From: a virus
Length of the DNA: 64,000 nt
IMG/VR virus record: IMGVR_UViG_3300005805_000044
Strand: one strand, 5' to 3'
The notes beneath the pieces were generated by a model. That model had not been told where the DNA came from. It did not search any database and was given only the letters and a program-made list of their open reading frames with translations. Of this stretch, positions 42,348 to 51,293 are shown in pieces. The position numbers and the translations under genes were made by a program. Within the stretch, counting starts at the first letter, position 1. Each line of letters starts with the position of its first letter.

Positions 42348-43688
42348 TTATTTGTATTCCAAGGCAGATACGCGTTCTTGTAGATCTTCTATCAATGCTT
42401 GTTGTTCTTGAACAGTTTTGATCAACAATGATACAAACGAATTGTATTTAACTGCTTTAAATCCGTTCATATCTTCTTTGACAAACTCTGGGAACACATC
42501 TTCAACTTCTTGAGCAATCAAACCAAAATCTGATAGTTCAGTATTGTTCCAAACAAATGAAACTGGATTCAAATGTGACATTTTTCCAATTGCGTCTTCG
42601 ATTGGTTCAATATCATCCTTCAATCGTGCGTCTGATGAAGCAAATGTTGAATATGCAACGATGTCACCACGAACGTCGAGTTGACCACTACCGCTAACTC
42701 GCATCAACTTTGTATAAGAGCTACCAGATGTGACCAAGAATACGTTACGATGTGGAATGTAAGTGTTAGTTTGACTTAGATTATCAGCATAATATTGAGG
42801 CCAACCAAATGAACTACTCAAATGAACGTGTAATTGAGCCTGAACATTGTTGGTTTGTGGGAAGTGTCCAACACCTACAAGACGACCACGAACACCAAAT
42901 GATGTCCATCCATATATACCTTTCTTAGCAGCAGTATTTGGATTCCAGTATCCGTCTTTTTCACTTGCAGAAACAAAACTGGTATTTCCATCATACGAAC
43001 CAGAATAATATATTGCAAAATTTGCACCGGTTCTTATGTAGTTGGAACCAGGTTGCAACCCAATATCATACATATAATTAATTCCAGCAGCAGATGCTGA
43101 GAACTGAATAAACTGTTGACCAATGTAGTTATTTACTGCCAATGGTCTATACAACGTAACTCTACCAGTTGCGGCTGGATATGCTCCTGACAATCCAAAC
43201 CCGGCGACGGTTCCAGTGGTATTACGACGTAACCAATCAGAACCGGCTACTTCAGCTGAATTTTTCCAATATGCGTAGTAATCTGTAGTGCCTGAACCAG
43301 ATGCGTAACCCTCAAGATATGAAGCAGTCTCGGTAGTTACGGCATTTGTAGCCCAACTTGATGTTCCATAAAGACTTCCAGTATGTTTACCTGTAAATTT
43401 TCCTGCAAAACTGCCTGTGTAACTACCAGAAAAACTGCCAGAAAAATCACCAATGTAACTACCCGTTGTAGAACTAAAAAATGTAAGAAAATCATCCATA
43501 GTAACTTTTCTTGAATACAAGTTACCTGGAGATGCTGTAGATCCACTTTGAATCAATAGAAAAATATCATCGGGGTAAATTACGTTACCGTTTGGAAAAG
43601 CACCTGAGCCACTGCTTCTTCCAGATATACCATAAAGTGAACTTACCTTGATTGTCTGAACGTTTAAACTATTACATGGACTTGACAT
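42348..43688 (-). CDS. Tail fibre with C-terminal intramolecular chaperone (Peptidase S74)
   Basis: SSDARLKDDI, LNPVSFVW, GLIAQEVEDVFPEFV; FSGSF repeats. Confidence 0.9.
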   Translation of the reverse strand: MSSPCNSLNVQTIKVSSLYGISGRSSGSGAFPNGNVIYPDDIFLLIQSGSTASPGNLYSRKVTMDDFLTFFSSTTGSYIGDFSGSFSGSYTGSFAGKFTGKHTGSLYGTSSWATNAVTTETASYLEGYASGSGTTDYYAYWKNSAEVAGSDWLRRNTTGTVAGFGLSGAYPAATGRVTLYRPLAVNNYIGQQFIQFSASAAGINYMYDIGLQPGSNYIRTGANFAIYYSGSYDGNTSFVSASEKDGYWNPNTAAKKGIYGWTSFGVRGRLVGVGHFPQTNNVQAQLHVHLSSSFGWPQYYADNLSQTNTYIPHRNVFLVTSGSSYTKLMRVSGSGQLDVRGDIVAYSTFASSDARLKDDIEPIEDAIGKMSHLNPVSFVWNNTELSDFGLIAQEVEDVFPEFVKEDMNGFKAVKYNSFVSLLIKTVQEQQALIEDLQERVSALEYK

Positions 43689-43728
43689 ATGTTAATAAAT
43701 ATCTTGTTATTTCTTTTATACTTTAAAT

Positions 43729-46302
43729 TTAGCTACCGTAGTATGGCGATTTACCAACAATACCAGTCAATAAACTGTTGTTGACACGGTTCCATGTCCA
43801 GAACTTTTCTTGACCCGTGGTTGTGTCATACTCCAAACCATATGATTCCCAGTTAGAATCAGTCCAGTAATTAGAACCCTGTTGTGGAATTACAATAGTC
43901 TTTACATATTGCAATTGTGGATCTCTAGTTGCTGCTGCCTGGGCCCACCATGCTCCAATATCATCAGAACTATACGCACTGATATCGAATATATCACACA
44001 TACCACTGTTGTTATTAATACAATACCATCTACGTTTAACTGGATTATATATGTTGGTTATTGTATTGTAGTTAATGGTGCCATTTATACTCACCAAATT
44101 CGAATTACGCAATACAAGAGAATTATTCAATATATCCAATGCTGTTCCTACTGTAGCATAGGTATATGCAGATCCATTCCAGTAAACCTTATACATCGTT
44201 ATAGCTTCAGCCGAATTACCTCCAGCTTGATACGAGTCGGGTAACAAGTAGAAAGTAGGGTGTGTTGGCGTTCCTGCACCGGTTCCAGGTAGACCAGAAG
44301 ACGCATCTACATACGCACATTTAAATTGATAAAAATTACCTCCGCCAGTTGAAAAGTCTGTGATTGTTGGAGTTCCAGAAGTCAAAGCTCCGATTGCATA
44401 TATGTATGAACTATCGGCAACCACTATATAATCGTCAGTGACACCATTGTTGTCAAATTTATGAAGTGCCATGTGACCAGCATAAAATTGTCTTGCTGGA
44501 GAAAAACTATTATTTCCGTCAAAAATTTTAGTTACTTCATTTGTAACCTGATTTAGTCTAAAAAAGTATCCTTTGTTTGTGAAATTGGATTGACAATAGA
44601 AGATGTAATCTCCGTAAGTTATCGCACCAAGTGGATATCTTACTGCAAATGCATTTGCAGTTTGAGTTCCATAACCAAGTGTAGCATTTAATGTTCCTGC
44701 CACGGTCATGTCACCACTAACATAAACGTCACCAGCATTTGAACCAGAAGCACCCACACTGAAAATTGGATTATAACTACTAGAACCATAATCCACATAA
44801 ATAGCATACTCAGGCAACTTTACAGTGCCAGTCAAACTTTGTCCAGTTACTTTTCCTACATGTGCCTTACTTGAACTAAAACATCTCAAATGTAACTTAC
44901 CAAGAAGATTAGGATCAGAAGCAGCAGTTCCAGGCGGTTGAACACCAATTCCCAAAGAACCTTCTCTGGATGGTGTATTAGAAGACATGTATGGCCAAAA
45001 GTAATACCCAGATCGTCTACTTACAAGTCCATAAGTCTCGGTAGCATCTCCTACAGCGACTCTTGTTGAAGAAGAAAATTCAGCGCTTCCAAGTGGTGCT
45101 ATGATATTTAAACTACCACTACCATATGAACCAATTGTGTATCCAGAAATATTAGGATACGTCTTTGCATTATTTAGATTTAAAAACTGTATTAGTGCTT
45201 GATTACCATACGTAGCATCTCCTCTGGATTGAATAGTTAGACCATTCAAATATCTTGACGAAGAAAGTTTTAATAATTGAAAATTTGTTGAACCATTACC
45301 GTTAACTACCCTAGAGAGTCCAGTATTTGATGATACTCTGGATTGAGAGAAAAATGCCAAGTTGAAACTTCCACTGCCTACTCCTGATGCATCATTAGCA
45401 ACTCCATCAGTGGTAGAAGAGTTCAAAGCATAACTTGCACTCACAGCTGTTGTAGGAGTGTTGATCACGTTCAATGCACTTCCAGCAAAAACCGCATACG
45501 ATGCCGAACCATTATTTATACTGTATTCTAAATATGATGCGGTTTTCGCCACTTGTGTAAAACTACCACTCAAAGAATATGATGCTGATGTCGCGGTATC
45601 CGCACTGGTTACTGTTGCAACACAAACGTATGAAGTATCTGCCACTTTTGCATGAGATGATGATTTAGCTCTTGACGCATAACTTGAAGTTCCAGTAAAC
45701 GTTGCATCTTTTACTGGTCCAGCACCGTTTTCTAGAATTTTAAGACCAGTAGCGGAATATACATCACCATACAGTCCACCAAAAAAGTTACCAGTTACAG
45801 TTGATGTCAAATTGGTAATAACAGCACTATTGGCAGTTATAGTTTGATCAAAATAAGAAGGTCCAAATATATTTATCTGTTCTGCTTCTATAAAAACTTC
45901 GGCATTAGTTATACCCGCGGCTGATAAAGCAATAGATTCGGCACTGAAATCAATTGTTTTAGCTCGTCCACGTATTACTTGTCCTTGAGTTAAAGAAGAA
46001 GATACAAATAAGGCAGCAGATTCAATGTTTCCATTTACGTTTATACCAAGTGCTGTAGTTCCGAATACTTTTAAGTTTTTCGTATTTGGAACGTAGAAAG
46101 ATCCAGTAAATTTATTATTTTGACTGGTAAGGTTGACATCACCCGAAACATTATTTAAAGCACCCGCTATAAAGTCGGATACTGTTATTTTTTTTGTTTG
46201 GTTGTTAGTAACATCTTGAATAACAAGAAGGTCACTTACGCTTGGGTTAGAATAAGCGTTTAATGCCGAAATCAATATACCTCTATTAGTCAATACTGCC
46301 AT
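43729..46302 (-). CDS. Tail fibre/spike protein
   Basis: N-terminal ISAL..DLLVIQD..TKKITVSD anchor; (T/S)ASYA repeats. Confidence 0.75.
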   Translation of the reverse strand: MAVLTNRGILISALNAYSNPSVSDLLVIQDVTNNQTKKITVSDFIAGALNNVSGDVNLTSQNNKFTGSFYVPNTKNLKVFGTTALGINVNGNIESAALFVSSSLTQGQVIRGRAKTIDFSAESIALSAAGITNAEVFIEAEQINIFGPSYFDQTITANSAVITNLTSTVTGNFFGGLYGDVYSATGLKILENGAGPVKDATFTGTSSYASRAKSSSHAKVADTSYVCVATVTSADTATSASYSLSGSFTQVAKTASYLEYSINNGSASYAVFAGSALNVINTPTTAVSASYALNSSTTDGVANDASGVGSGSFNLAFFSQSRVSSNTGLSRVVNGNGSTNFQLLKLSSSRYLNGLTIQSRGDATYGNQALIQFLNLNNAKTYPNISGYTIGSYGSGSLNIIAPLGSAEFSSSTRVAVGDATETYGLVSRRSGYYFWPYMSSNTPSREGSLGIGVQPPGTAASDPNLLGKLHLRCFSSSKAHVGKVTGQSLTGTVKLPEYAIYVDYGSSSYNPIFSVGASGSNAGDVYVSGDMTVAGTLNATLGYGTQTANAFAVRYPLGAITYGDYIFYCQSNFTNKGYFFRLNQVTNEVTKIFDGNNSFSPARQFYAGHMALHKFDNNGVTDDYIVVADSSYIYAIGALTSGTPTITDFSTGGGNFYQFKCAYVDASSGLPGTGAGTPTHPTFYLLPDSYQAGGNSAEAITMYKVYWNGSAYTYATVGTALDILNNSLVLRNSNLVSINGTINYNTITNIYNPVKRRWYCINNNSGMCDIFDISAYSSDDIGAWWAQAAATRDPQLQYVKTIVIPQQGSNYWTDSNWESYGLEYDTTTGQEKFWTWNRVNNSLLTGIVGKSPYYGS

Positions 46303-46324
46303 ATGTTATAAATATAATTATCAA

Positions 46325-47035
46325 TCAATTTAACTTTTTAAGTTTTTTTAATATAAATTTGACTAATCCGCTTCTTACTACATCATCATCATCAAATCTA
46401 AATATATGAATACCATTTTGTTTACTTTCTTCATCGTCAAACAAGTTCATAATAGGAGTTAGACCACTTTTACCATTAATATCACTTTGATCTGGATCAC
46501 CACAAACATATAATTTACTAAATTCTCCTACACGGGTTATTAATGTTATCAATTCTTTTTTGGTCATATTTTGAGCTTCATCAGCGACAATACATTTGGC
46601 ATTCCAGTTTAGACCACGTAAAAAGTTAACTGGTGCTCCATGAATTCGTTCTTCTTTTTTTAATTTATCAATGTCATGTTTTTGAAGTAACTCTTCCAAT
46701 TTGTCTACTAACGGTTGAATATATGGACTCATTTTATCATCCATTTCGCCTGGTAAAAATCCCAATTTACTATCACTACTTTCTACAGCAGTTCTAATAT
46801 AAATCAATTCACTGACTCTTTTATCGTTAATCAAATGTAATCCCGCAAGTATGGCAGTGTATGTTTTTGATGTCCCTGCTGGACCTGATACAAATACTAA
46901 TTTTGTGTTTTTATCTCGTAATACTTCTATGAGCTGTTTTTGTTTTTCGGTTAAGTCTATACTTTTAATTTGAATTGAATCCCTTATTTTTGGATTTTGA
47001 GGGACTTTTGGACTTGTGTCTTTTTTCTTGCTCAT
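46325..47035 (-). CDS. phoH: PhoH-like ATPase
   Basis: GPAGTSKT, LGFLPG, RG, DEAQN, TRVG, GDPDQSD, VVRS. Confidence 0.95.
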   Translation of the reverse strand: MSKKKDTSPKVPQNPKIRDSIQIKSIDLTEKQKQLIEVLRDKNTKLVFVSGPAGTSKTYTAILAGLHLINDKRVSELIYIRTAVESSDSKLGFLPGEMDDKMSPYIQPLVDKLEELLQKHDIDKLKKEERIHGAPVNFLRGLNWNAKCIVADEAQNMTKKELITLITRVGEFSKLYVCGDPDQSDINGKSGLTPIMNLFDDEESKQNGIHIFRFDDDDVVRSGLVKFILKKLKKLN

Positions 47036-47339
47036 TAGGTTTTTGTTGGTTAATTATTTTTTGAAGTTTTGAAACACGTTCACAGAACTCATATTGTTCT
47101 GTATTAATATAATAATTGTATATGTTTTCTAAGTTTTCTTTAAACGTAGACACATTCAAAACCACTATAAAATCCGTATTTCGAAAACTGAACACTTCAA
47201 CGTTAGACAAATTGTTCTTCAAGGCAAATTCAATTGATGATACAACTTGCTCAGTCAATTTAAATTTATTCTTTATAACAAATTCCTCCATCGTTTTGAA
47301 TTCCGATGGCAATACTTTTGATTGAAACTTTTTTGCCAT
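46965..47339 (-). CDS. Hypothetical protein
   Basis: MAKKFQSK start 3 nt from the TATTTATT motif; EQYEFC motif. Confidence 0.65.
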   Translation of the reverse strand: MAKKFQSKVLPSEFKTMEEFVIKNKFKLTEQVVSSIEFALKNNLSNVEVFSFRNTDFIVVLNVSTFKENLENIYNYYINTEQYEFCERVSKLQKIINQQKPNEQEKRHKSKSPSKSKNKGFNSN

Positions 47340-47358
47340 GTTAATAAATATCACGAAT

Positions 47359-47394
47359 AAAAACAATAAGGGCGCCAAATAATGGCGCCCTTTT
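47359..47394 (-). terminator. Intrinsic terminator
   Basis: AAGGGCGCCA/TGGCGCCCTT perfect hairpin. Confidence 0.85.
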
Positions 47395-47420
47395 CAACTA
47401 AACAACTTATTAAATACTAT

Positions 47421-47636
47421 TTACTTTTTAACCTTCTTTGTTTTCTTCGTGACAACAGATTTATCTGGTGTTTGTGAAGGAACTGAATTTGTAAGTTCAG
47501 CAATTCTAAACCTCGCAGTTGACTTCCAAGAACGTTTGGTTTGATCAGAAGCCCATTCATAGGATTTACCTTTGGAGACTAACTCAGTAACTTCTGTTTC
47601 TGTCTTGGCTTGTTTGATTTGTTCTCTTAGACCCAT
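47421..47636 (-). CDS. Hypothetical protein (71 aa)
   Basis: ORF with SD-like AAAGG upstream. Confidence 0.65.
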   Translation of the reverse strand: MGLREQIKQAKTETEVTELVSKGKSYEWASDQTKRSWKSTARFRIAELTNSVPSQTPDKSVVTKKTKKVKK

Positions 47637-47639
47637 ATA

Positions 47640-47846
47640 TTACTTACCTTTCTTTGAAAGATTTACGATTTCCAACTTACTACCATCTGGCCATCTGGTA
47701 ATAACCTTGTTCCAATGTTCATACTCCGGCTGAGCCGCTTCCTTAACACTATACTCTTCATCAGAAACCCTAGCACCATTTCTCAATACAACAAAACGGT
47801 CTACTGATTCATTAGTATTTTCGATCTTCTTGTTTTTAGTTTGCAT
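47640..47846 (-). CDS. Hypothetical protein (68 aa)
   Basis: ORF; VVLRNGARVSD..WPDGSKLEI. Confidence 0.65.
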   Translation of the reverse strand: MQTKNKKIENTNESVDRFVVLRNGARVSDEEYSVKEAAQPEYEHWNKVITRWPDGSKLEIVNLSKKGK

Positions 47847-47951
47847 TTACTTATTATATGTTTGCTGTTTTTTTACTTGATATGTTTTATATAAAATATA
47901 AGAATTATCAGCTCCTATACTCACTATACAATATCACGTTAATTATATGTG

Positions 47952-48350
47952 TCAACCAACTTCAATAGATTTAGTGTAATATTCAACATCTTTGTGTTTG
48001 ACCACAGATTCGGGATAAACATATTTTAGTTCTCCCAACGTTTTATTGTAAATTTTAATACCTCCATGTGGAAATGAAGGTTCACCGGGTTTATGATATT
48101 CAACCAAATATATTTCGTGACTATCTGGATAAATTGAAGATAGTAACTTTCTACCTTTTTCAGTAGTATGATCAACGATCAATTCGTTTGGAATTTGATT
48201 GAACACATTATATGTGGATCCGTTCAGTGTATATATTTTTCTTATAATTTCCAAACCTTTCGTAAGCTTAGAAATCTCACGATCCACTTCGATGTTTTTA
48301 ACTACCTTTTTCTTTCTTTTGACTTTTGTATCTGTCTTTTGCTTTGGCAT
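47952..48350 (-). CDS. Hypothetical protein (132 aa)
   Basis: ORF preceded by a sigma70-like promoter. Confidence 0.65.
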   Translation of the reverse strand: MPKQKTDTKVKRKKKVVKNIEVDREISKLTKGLEIIRKIYTLNGSTYNVFNQIPNELIVDHTTEKGRKLLSSIYPDSHEIYLVEYHKPGEPSFPHGGIKIYNKTLGELKYVYPESVVKHKDVEYYTKSIEVG

Positions 48351-48358
48351 GATAGTTA

Positions 48359-48386
48359 ATTATATGAAGAAAAAATTAAAAGTCAA
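48359..48386 (-). promoter_or_regulatory. Sigma70-like promoter TTGACT-N16-TATAAT
   Basis: Near-consensus hexamers 8 nt upstream of ATG 48350. Confidence 0.6.
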
Positions 48387-48434
48387 TGTTGAAAAATTTA
48401 TAAATAGCATCAAGCTAGAAGATAAAAAATCAAC

Positions 48435-48463
48435 AAAAAAACCACGTCGTAAAAAACGTGGTT
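48435..48463 (-). terminator. Intrinsic terminator
   Basis: AACCACGT/ACGTGGTT hairpin with T-run. Confidence 0.75.
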
Positions 48464-48470
48464 GATATTA

Positions 48471-48650
48471 TTATGGAGTTGTAGTGGTAGCTTCTTCTAC
48501 AACAGCTTTGATCTCGTTTTCAATTTCCTTGATCTTTTCTTTATAACCAGCTGCTACATCCTTAAAGTCTTTTTTTACATACAACAACTTTTCGGTAAGT
48601 TCATATACTTTCTTTTGTGCGTCTGCTTTATTTAATTTAATTTGACTCAT
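48471..48650 (-). CDS. Small coiled-coil protein (59 aa)
   Basis: MSQIKLNKADAQKKVYELTEKLL...; ATGA overlap with upstream gene. Confidence 0.65.
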   Translation of the reverse strand: MSQIKLNKADAQKKVYELTEKLLYVKKDFKDVAAGYKEKIKEIENEIKAVVEEATTTTP

Positions 48651-49060
48651 AACTTTGATAAATCTATAATTTTTTTGACTGATTCTATCGGTATATAAGT
48701 AGTAACAAAATTGCCTGGATCAACACTTTTTAAGTCTGGCAATTTATTTTTATCTACTACAATTATTACCCCTTCACCTTTATCACGATAATTCACCAAA
48801 GCAAATCTAGCACTCAATTTAAAATCACTAGCTAGATAACTTCCATAAATTTGACGTGTATTACCTTTGCCTTTGGATGTCACTTTACCATGTTTTTGTA
48901 ACACATCCAATTCCTTTTTGCTCATACCTCTGAACAAATCATCCGAACCAAAATTATTCATTTGATCTAATTCATCCGCAATAATTTTGAGTTTACCTTG
49001 AGGTTCCCAAATCAAATAGTCATAGATGCTTCGTTCGTATAGCAAACTGTAGGATTTCAT
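48647..49060 (-). CDS. Hypothetical protein, possible ADP-ribosyltransferase-like fold
   Basis: LFRGMS, YLASDFKLSARFA and GVIIVV spacing resembles an ART core. Confidence 0.5.
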   Translation of the reverse strand: MKSYSLLYERSIYDYLIWEPQGKLKIIADELDQMNNFGSDDLFRGMSKKELDVLQKHGKVTSKGKGNTRQIYGSYLASDFKLSARFALVNYRDKGEGVIIVVDKNKLPDLKSVDPGNFVTTYIPIESVKKIIDLSKL

Positions 49061-49083
49061 TGAATATAAATATACTTATAGAT

Positions 49084-49302
49084 ATGGACACCGTTAATTT
49101 TCATGATATCAAAATCAACAATCACGAAATAACCATATGGGATGATCGTTTTGTTGTATTGAGACACCCAGAAAAGTGTGATTTGTATGAAGACGATCAT
49201 TGTAGAGAACACATGGTAAAGTATTTGACCGATGAAGGTTATATAGATCCCATCAATAAAAATTGTCTCATATTTGATAGTTATATTGACTTTGAACCAT
49301 AA
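49084..49302 (+). CDS. Hypothetical protein (only convincing plus-strand gene)
   Basis: MDTVNFHDIKIN..YLTDEGYI; divergent from 48647..49060; TACTTATA 3 nt upstream. Confidence 0.6.
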   Translation: MDTVNFHDIKINNHEITIWDDRFVVLRHPEKCDLYEDDHCREHMVKYLTDEGYIDPINKNCLIFDSYIDFEP

Positions 49303-49329
49303 AAAAAGCCCCACGCAGAGCGACGGGGC
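49301..49329 (-). terminator. Intrinsic terminator after tmRNA
   Basis: GCCCC/GGGGC hairpin plus T7 on the minus strand. Confidence 0.7.
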
Positions 49330-49362
49330 CAACTACATAACCCATTGGGTTATAAGATAAAA

Positions 49363-49747
49363 TGGTGGACGTGGCGAGAATCGAACTCGCGTCTTTAAGA
49401 ATTGAACCATACCAGACTACACGCTTTTACAATTTGAATTTGTTAGAAAGTAAAATCAAAATTGTCAAAAATTTACTTCTTAAGATTTACATAAATTTCG
49501 ATTGGAAGAGCAAATCAATCAACCAACCATAGTCCGATGATGACGTTTGTTTAACTATCGAACAATCATTAAACAAACGAACAACCTTTTATTAGGCTGC
49601 AATTGCTACGACATCATCATAAGAAAAGTCATAGCTAACTACGTTTTCTTCAGCAGTTATGTTTTGATAGACATTTAAAGAGGCCAACTATCATCCTCTG
49701 CGTGACTGACATGGACACATTTCTTAAATCGAAACCTGAACACGCCC
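49363..49747 (-). ncRNA. ssrA: tmRNA; tag reading frame 49654-49592 encodes AEENVVSYDFSYDDVVAIAA*
   Basis: 5' GGGCGUG pairs with 3' CACGUCC-A-CCA with G3:U Ala identity pair; GGUUUCGA D-like loop; GUUCGAUUC T-loop; resume codon GCU after AUAACU; tag ends in AA. Confidence 0.93.
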
Positions 49748-49753
49748 ATAAAA

Positions 49754-49852
49754 TTATTTCTTCTTACGTTTTTTAACACTGCAACTTTTGACGTTACAAT
49801 AACCTTTTTTGGTTTTACGCAAGTGTTGTCGTTTCATTCCTTTGGTTGCCAT
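49754..49852 (-). CDS. Small basic peptide (32 aa)
   Basis: MATKGMKRQHLRKTKKGYCNVKSCSVKKRKKK; paralogous to 50413..50529. Confidence 0.55.
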   Translation of the reverse strand: MATKGMKRQHLRKTKKGYCNVKSCSVKKRKKK

Positions 49853-49863
49853 AATACTTAAAT

Positions 49864-49937
49864 TGGAGCGGGTAGTGAGAATCGAACTCACACGTAGGCT
49901 TTGGAAGAGCCTCAGGCTACCATTACATCATACCCGC
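49864..49937 (-). tRNA. tRNA-Gly(TCC)
   Basis: Cloverleaf, loop CTTCCAA, encoded CCA. Confidence 0.93.
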
Positions 49938-50119
49938 GTATTGTTTATAGTCTACAATAATAAATAGAATGGTCAAGACTAATATATCAATGATCAAAAT
50001 TTATTTAAATACTCATAAAATCAACCCTATCCTATCTGGAACAGATTCGTCCGGGTCAGACATACAGGGGTGTATCGTGTCCCTCACGCCGTGGCTAAAC
50101 CACCACAAGATTTATAAAT

Positions 50120-50243
50120 TGGATGACCGTGACTTGCGAATATACGAGGATTTCACTAAGCGTTCCAAATGTCTCTCTCGTCAACTTCAGTCTCCTATAC
50201 CCTCCTACGGGTATCGTGCTATAATTCTATACACTAACAATCA
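50120..50243 (-). ncRNA. Expanded tRNA-like RNA (T-loop replaced by ~50-nt stem-loop)
   Basis: 7-bp acceptor TGATTGT/ACGGTCA, T-CCA end, TA linker, D-arm GTGT/GCAC, ATACC/GGTAT arm. Confidence 0.6.
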
Positions 50244-50246
50244 AAA

Positions 50247-50322
50247 TGGTCGGGATGGAGAATTTCGCAATCTCAACCTCCTGTCTCCAAAACAGGCCGT
50301 CTACTTTTGACATTACATCCCG
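50247..50322 (-). tRNA. tRNA-Pro(TGG), atypical T-arm
   Basis: CGGGATG acceptor, loop TTTGGAG, T-arm lacks TTC, CCA. Confidence 0.8.
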
Positions 50323-50329
50323 AATAAAT

Positions 50330-50403
50330 TGGCAGGGGATAAGGGAATCGAACCCCTACAAGAAGATTCAAAGTCTTCCGCACTACCATTATGCAAATCC
50401 CCA
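50330..50403 (-). tRNA. tRNA-Gln(TTG)
   Basis: Loop CTTTGAA, GGTTCGATTCC, CCA. Confidence 0.92.
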
Positions 50404-50412
50404 GTTCTGAAA

Positions 50413-50529
50413 TTATTTCTTACGTTTGGAACCTTTTACATGAGTAGAATTAACTCTAACAGTTTTACCACTCTTGGTTTTCCTAGTATGCGTCTTTCTA
50501 TAGTGAGACGTTTTATATGATTTCGCCAT
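50413..50529 (-). CDS. Small basic peptide (38 aa)
   Basis: MAKSYKTSHYRKTHTRKTKSGKTVRVNSTHVKGSKRKK. Confidence 0.6.
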   Translation of the reverse strand: MAKSYKTSHYRKTHTRKTKSGKTVRVNSTHVKGSKRKK

Positions 50530-50549
50530 AGTTTTATTTTTTTTTAAAT

Positions 50550-50623
50550 TGGAGCGGGTGGAGGGAATCGAACCCTCTCATCGTCCTTGGCAAGGATGTA
50601 GGCTACCGTTACATCACACCCGC
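50550..50623 (-). tRNA. tRNA-Gly(GCC)
   Basis: Loop TTGCCAA, CCA. Confidence 0.92.
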
Positions 50624-50631
50624 GTTAAAAT

Positions 50632-50707
<76 letters not shown>

Positions 50708-50715
50708 ATATAAAA

Positions 50716-50807
50716 TGGCGGAAAGGGAGGGATTCGAACCCTCGGTGGGTGTTTAAGCCCACAACAGTTTAGCAAACTGTCTCTTTAGACCACTCAGACA
50801 CCTTTCC
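50716..50807 (-). tRNA. tRNA-Ser(GCT)
   Basis: Long variable arm, loop TTGCTAA, CCA. Confidence 0.95.
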
Positions 50808-50814
50808 GTAAAAT

Positions 50815-50904
50815 TGGAGGAAGGAGAGGGATTCGAACCCCCGGAGGCTTTTACACCCCTGCGGTTTTCAAGACCACCGCCTTAGACCACTCAGCCACCC
50901 TTCC
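50815..50904 (-). tRNA. tRNA-Ser(TGA)
   Basis: Long variable arm, loop CTTGAAA, CCA. Confidence 0.95.
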
Positions 50905-51003
50905 ATAAGGAATTAAAAACTGGGTATGTGTGACTACACCCGAAAGGTCAATTACACTCAATGATCATACGACCAAATATGATTTTAAAGTCACTTTTTA
51001 ATT

Positions 51004-51087
51004 TGGTGGGCATAGAGGGACTTGAACCCCCACGGATTTCTCCACGAGCTTCTAAGACTCGCGTGTCTGCCATTTCACCATACGCCC
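51004..51087 (-). tRNA. tRNA-Leu(TAG)
   Basis: Long variable arm, loop CTTAGAA, CCA. Confidence 0.93.
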
Positions 51088-51092
51088 GAAAT

Positions 51093-51170
51093 TGGTCGGA
51101 GTGATAGGATTTGAACCTACGACATCTTGCTCCCAAAGCAAGCGCTCTAGCCAAGCTGAGCTACACTCCG
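51093..51170 (-). tRNA. tRNA-Pro(TGG)
   Basis: Loop TTTGGGA, canonical arms, CCA. Confidence 0.95.
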
Positions 51171-51179
51171 ATATTAAAA

Positions 51180-51254
51180 TGGTAGGCGGGAAAGGGATCG
51201 AACCTCCGACAATCACGGTGTAAACGTGGTGCTCTACCACTGAGCTACCCGCCC
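51180..51254 (-). tRNA. tRNA-Val(TAC)
   Basis: Loop TTTACAC, CCA. Confidence 0.93.
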
Positions 51255-51293
51255 ATTTAAAAATTATTATTTTCTTAATCCAATTATCGCCAG

